Origin: Nanobdellota archaeon
GTDB taxonomy: Archaea > Nanobdellota > Nanobdellia > Pacearchaeales > GW2011-AR1
NCBI GenBank assembly: GCA_020430505.1
Contig: JAGQJT010000004.1
Span: forward strand, 576-64,575
DNA length: 64,000 bases
Reading direction: 5' to 3'
The position numbers and the translations under genes are program-made. How positions within the stretch are numbered: position 1 is the first letter of the stretch; every line of letters starts with the position of its first letter. The notes under the pieces were generated by a model that had not been told where the DNA came from, ran no database searches, and saw nothing but the letters and a program-made list of their open reading frames with translations. Positions 61,433 to 64,000 of the stretch are shown piece by piece.

Positions 61433-62701
61433 TTAGAAAGGACGTCTTTTACTGAGAAGAAAATCAAAGAGCATTCTGCCAAGACCTCCAGACCCTGCAA
61501 ATGCTTGTATAGAAGACCCTTCATCTTCTCCCACAGAAAGATTACAGACTTTTCCAATTTCCTTATTGCAGCTTCCCCAGAGAGTCATTTTTCCTGAACG
61601 GCCTTCATACTTTGGAGCAGCACCAATGATTTCCAATACAGCACCAGGACAATAAGGATGCTCCACTTTTTCGCCAGGTTTTCCTCCGAGAGATTCGCAA
61701 AGCACAGTGTTGGGATCGACATAAAAATGGTTGTCCTGAGCAAAAACTTTCACTCCTCCATTCTCCTTCAGCTTTTCCTGCAGAGCATCAGATTCAGATT
61801 TTAAAGTGAAGAAATCTCCAAGATTTTGATTTTTATTATAATCGTCGGAAAGATCTTGAACTTCGAGATTGCCTGGCTTTTGGAACCACAAACAATCAAA
61901 ACCGGAAGTCACTTCTGAAGGTCCGACTCCTTTGACCACATAAACTCCTCCTGGTCCATAAACTTCTTCTCCGGCTTTGAAACCAAATGATTCACAAGCT
62001 TCATCAGAGGGGTCTAAGAAAAAGGGATGTCCACTAACAGAGATAGCAGGAACTCCTCCATTGTTTTCCAATTCTTCCTGCTTTGCTTTAATCTCTCCCA
62101 CAATCCGGAATCCTTGTTCGACAAGGTTCAACTTATCTACATCAGAGGAGTATAAACCTATCTTCCCAGACTCGGTCTCAAGAAACAAAATTTCTGGTCC
62201 AACAAGCAAGTCCTCTCCGGTAGTTTTATGCCTTGCAGGAATAGGTCCGACACCCAAAACAAGGGATTCAATTCCTCCTTTTTCGATTTTTGTGCCCGCT
62301 TTGAAACCAAACTTCAGGCAAGTTTCATCGAAAACATCCACATAAACAACTTGTCCGTCGGGCATTTCAATTTTACGCCCTCCATTTTCCGCAAGTTCTT
62401 TTTGCTTAGCTTCGAGTTCCCCCACTCTCCGAAATCCGACTTCTCTCAAATTAACATCTTTAGGCTTACTGGAATACCTTACGACATCTCCTGATTCATT
62501 TTTGAACCAAACCACATCATGGTCTCCAATATGTTCTCCAGTAGAATTACAAGGTGCGACTCCGATAACGGTACACTTCGTGCCGTATGGATCAATAAGT
62601 TCCTCATCAGGTTTTACTCCCAATTTTGCACATGCTTCCTCAGAAACATTTACAGTGATTTCATGACCACTTTTTACGATTACTTTTTTTGTTTTTTCCA
62701 T
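61433..62701 (-). CDS. protein made of four tandem ~100-108 aa repeats, unknown function
   Basis: Each repeat ends in ENGG/NNGG and contains V(D/N)x(S/F)DExCxxFGFKAG...V.GVGP.... Confidence 0.7.
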   Translation of the reverse strand: MEKTKKVIVKSGHEITVNVSEEACAKLGVKPDEELIDPYGTKCTVIGVAPCNSTGEHIGDHDVVWFKNESGDVVRYSSKPKDVNLREVGFRRVGELEAKQKELAENGGRKIEMPDGQVVYVDVFDETCLKFGFKAGTKIEKGGIESLVLGVGPIPARHKTTGEDLLVGPEILFLETESGKIGLYSSDVDKLNLVEQGFRIVGEIKAKQEELENNGGVPAISVSGHPFFLDPSDEACESFGFKAGEEVYGPGGVYVVKGVGPSEVTSGFDCLWFQKPGNLEVQDLSDDYNKNQNLGDFFTLKSESDALQEKLKENGGVKVFAQDNHFYVDPNTVLCESLGGKPGEKVEHPYCPGAVLEIIGAAPKYEGRSGKMTLWGSCNKEIGKVCNLSVGEDEGSSIQAFAGSGGLGRMLFDFLLSKRRPF

Positions 62702-62720
62702 AATAAATTTAAAATTTTAG

Positions 62721-62767
62721 GTTAGAAAATAAATTAATTTATTGAATTTCCGGAAGATCTTCTTGGT
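62721..62767. repeat. 47-nt exact repeat, copy 2
   Basis: See 60817..60863. Confidence 0.95.
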
Positions 62768-63218
62768 TTTCGGAAAGCCCAATACGCGATAAACTTTCTT
62801 GATAAATCTGGGTAAAGAAAAGATCTCCATTTAAGCATTTTAATACAACAAATGAATTGCCCTTCTCTATTTGATAAATTCCTTCAACCTTTGCTGAGAA
62901 AACCAAAGGGTCTCCTTGGATGAAACGATAAATTTCTCCTTGTTCAAGAATTGCCAGAGGAGAAATGCCTACACAACTTCCTTCATAAACCTCTTCAATT
63001 ACCTGCGCAAGAAAACTATCTTCATTTGATATAAAAACAGAATTTGAATTTATAGAAATTTCTTCCTCAAAAAAGGAATAAGTGTGAGGAATAGTGCACA
63101 TCTGATTAGATAAATCTTCTTTTGAGACTAGATAAGAAAAAATATCAAAATCGTATAGTTCCTTTCCTTTGATCATTTCCAAAATTTCTCTTTTGGAAAT
63201 CTTTCTAAAACCTTGCAT
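62739..63218 (-). CDS. DLPEI-tail family protein, paralogue A
   Basis: aaaggag SD; ...REILEMIKGKELY..., GEIYRFIQGDPLVFSAKVEG, C-terminal ENQEDLPEIQ. Confidence 0.65.
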   Translation of the reverse strand: MQGFRKISKREILEMIKGKELYDFDIFSYLVSKEDLSNQMCTIPHTYSFFEEEISINSNSVFISNEDSFLAQVIEEVYEGSCVGISPLAILEQGEIYRFIQGDPLVFSAKVEGIYQIEKGNSFVVLKCLNGDLFFTQIYQESLSRIGLSENQEDLPEIQ

Positions 63219-63253
63219 ATTGAACTCCTTTCTATTTTAATTAATAATTAATT

Positions 63254-63451
63254 TTATTTTTTCTTTTTGAAAAGTCTAATTTTCGCTTTATCGGCCATCA
63301 AAGATTTATCTCCTTTTTGGACCACACCTTTGCGAATACATTTGTCTGCTTTGTGATCTCCTGGAAGAGTCGGAGCTTTTCTTGTAAAAGAACAGGAAGA
63401 AAGGAAAACGCTCAAAAGAGCAATGAACAAAAATTTTACGATTGTTTTCAT
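63254..63451 (-). CDS. small lipoprotein (65 aa)
   Basis: MKTIVKFLFIALLSVFLSSC lipobox; basic tail. Confidence 0.55.
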   Translation of the reverse strand: MKTIVKFLFIALLSVFLSSCSFTRKAPTLPGDHKADKCIRKGVVQKGDKSLMADKAKIRLFKKKK

Positions 63452-63529
63452 TTTTAAAAAATTTAGTTAAACAATTTATTTAATTAAAGGATATATTTTG
63501 ATTTCAATTTAATTGAACTATTATTTTCT

Positions 63530-63601
63530 AAGCAAAAATAGCAGGCCTCCAAATAAATGACTTTAATCAAAGTGTTTGATTACTTGTCTTGGAGACCTGC
63601 T
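63530..63601 (-). terminator. long compound hairpin followed by a U-run on the minus strand (terminator or attenuator-like)
   Basis: AGCAGGCCTCCAA (63540-52) pairs with TTGGAGACCTGCT (63589-601), 12/13 bp. Inner hairpin AATCAAA-gtg-TTTGATT. The minus strand continues CTATTTTTG. Confidence 0.45.
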
Positions 63602-63902
63602 TAATTAAAAGGATTATTTTACAGGATCTGAAATCCTGTGCATAAAAACTAAGAAATTTTTCATTGTGTTTTAATTAAACTTCAACTTTGATTAGACTAG
63701 TTTTTTAGGTCACTTGGACCAAACTCAGCCTAAACATCTTAAACGAATTCCTCGATGTATCATATGCTTCGGTATTTTGGAGATCAATGAGTTTTTTATT
63801 TATCTCAAAGAACTCCAATTAAAAGATTTTTCAAATTTTTCATTTTTGTTTCTCCTGTAATTTATTTGTTAATAATTTTATTTAATTTCAAAATTCAATT
63901 TG

Positions 63903-64000
63903 TCAAACACTCAACAAAGGATTTGCATAATTTGAAGAGAAATTGAAGAATACCTCTTCCATGAGTTCTTCAAGTTTCTCAGCCGGATAACGGGAAGTTG
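63903..64000 (-). CDS. 3' end of an unidentified CDS entering from beyond the window
   Basis: My translation gives ...TSRYPAEKLEELMEEVFFNFSSNYANPLLSV*. Too short to classify. Confidence 0.3.
   Translation of the reverse strand, partial: TSRYPAEKLEELMEEVFFNFSSNYANPLLSV

Noticed and set aside
53600-63500. AT-rich repeated intergenic motifs as a CRISPR array or miniature transposable elements
   Set aside because: There is no regular repeat-spacer periodicity and no cas genes. There are no terminal inverted repeats with target-site duplications. The motifs sit one per intergenic gap.
52330-64000. Genetic code 25 (UGA=Gly) for the bacterial-type part, suggested by the TGA at a conserved Gly in 60835..61329
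   Set aside because: Six long ORFs (about 2,400 codons) contain no TGA at all, and TGA closes 56494..57120. A single GGA to TGA nonsense mutation is more parsimonious. It is kept as a testable alternative in the findings.

Overview
The window has two parts with different gene content and expression signals.

**Part 1 (1 to ~52290): AT-rich, reduced archaeon (DPANN-like).**
- It holds the large ribosomal-protein cluster (L3 to L15, then SecY) and a second cluster: eL21, RpoF, DUF655, S13, S4, S11, RpoD.
- It also holds SecDF, a 5S rRNA, three tRNAs, two enzymes of the archaeal AMP-salvage route, and a ~19 kb protein-glycosylation island. The island contains AglB, a GlcNAc-1-P transferase, about 8 glycosyltransferases, a flippase and a complete GDP-heptose pathway.
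- Operon-first genes have a TATA-like 8-mer exactly 21 nt upstream of the ATG, which implies leaderless transcripts. Internal genes are coupled by ATGA overlaps with GGAGG embedded in the preceding gene.

**Most unusual feature of part 1.** Five unrelated orphan small ORFs (79-104 aa) occupy every junction between L3, L4, L23, L2 and S19, a stretch that is normally contiguous. All are translationally coupled to their neighbours. They carry duplication scars, including an in-frame 24-codon chimera of the L4 start and the L3 end. Three further secreted or membrane genes sit between L15 and SecY.

**Part 2 (~52330 to 64000): all genes on the minus strand, bacterial in character (FCB/Bacteroidota-like).**
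- Recognisable genes: a TonB C-terminal-domain protein, a protein with a T9SS-type C-terminal tail, lipoproteins, and a PKD+DNRLRE lipoprotein. Signals are hairpin plus T-run terminators and AAAGGAG Shine-Dalgarno sites.
- Repeated modules:
  - three paralogues ending in the tail NQ(E/D)DLPEI(Q/N), one with an in-frame TGA at a conserved Gly
  - two paralogous 35-39 aa membrane peptides inside a ~90 nt repeat
  - two tRNA-like genes with identical 3' halves but non-canonical anticodon arms
  - a 422 aa protein built of four ~105 aa repeats
  - a conserved palindromic intergenic cassette

The switch at ~52.3 kb is either an assembly or concatenation join, or a large inter-domain transfer. It needs checking.
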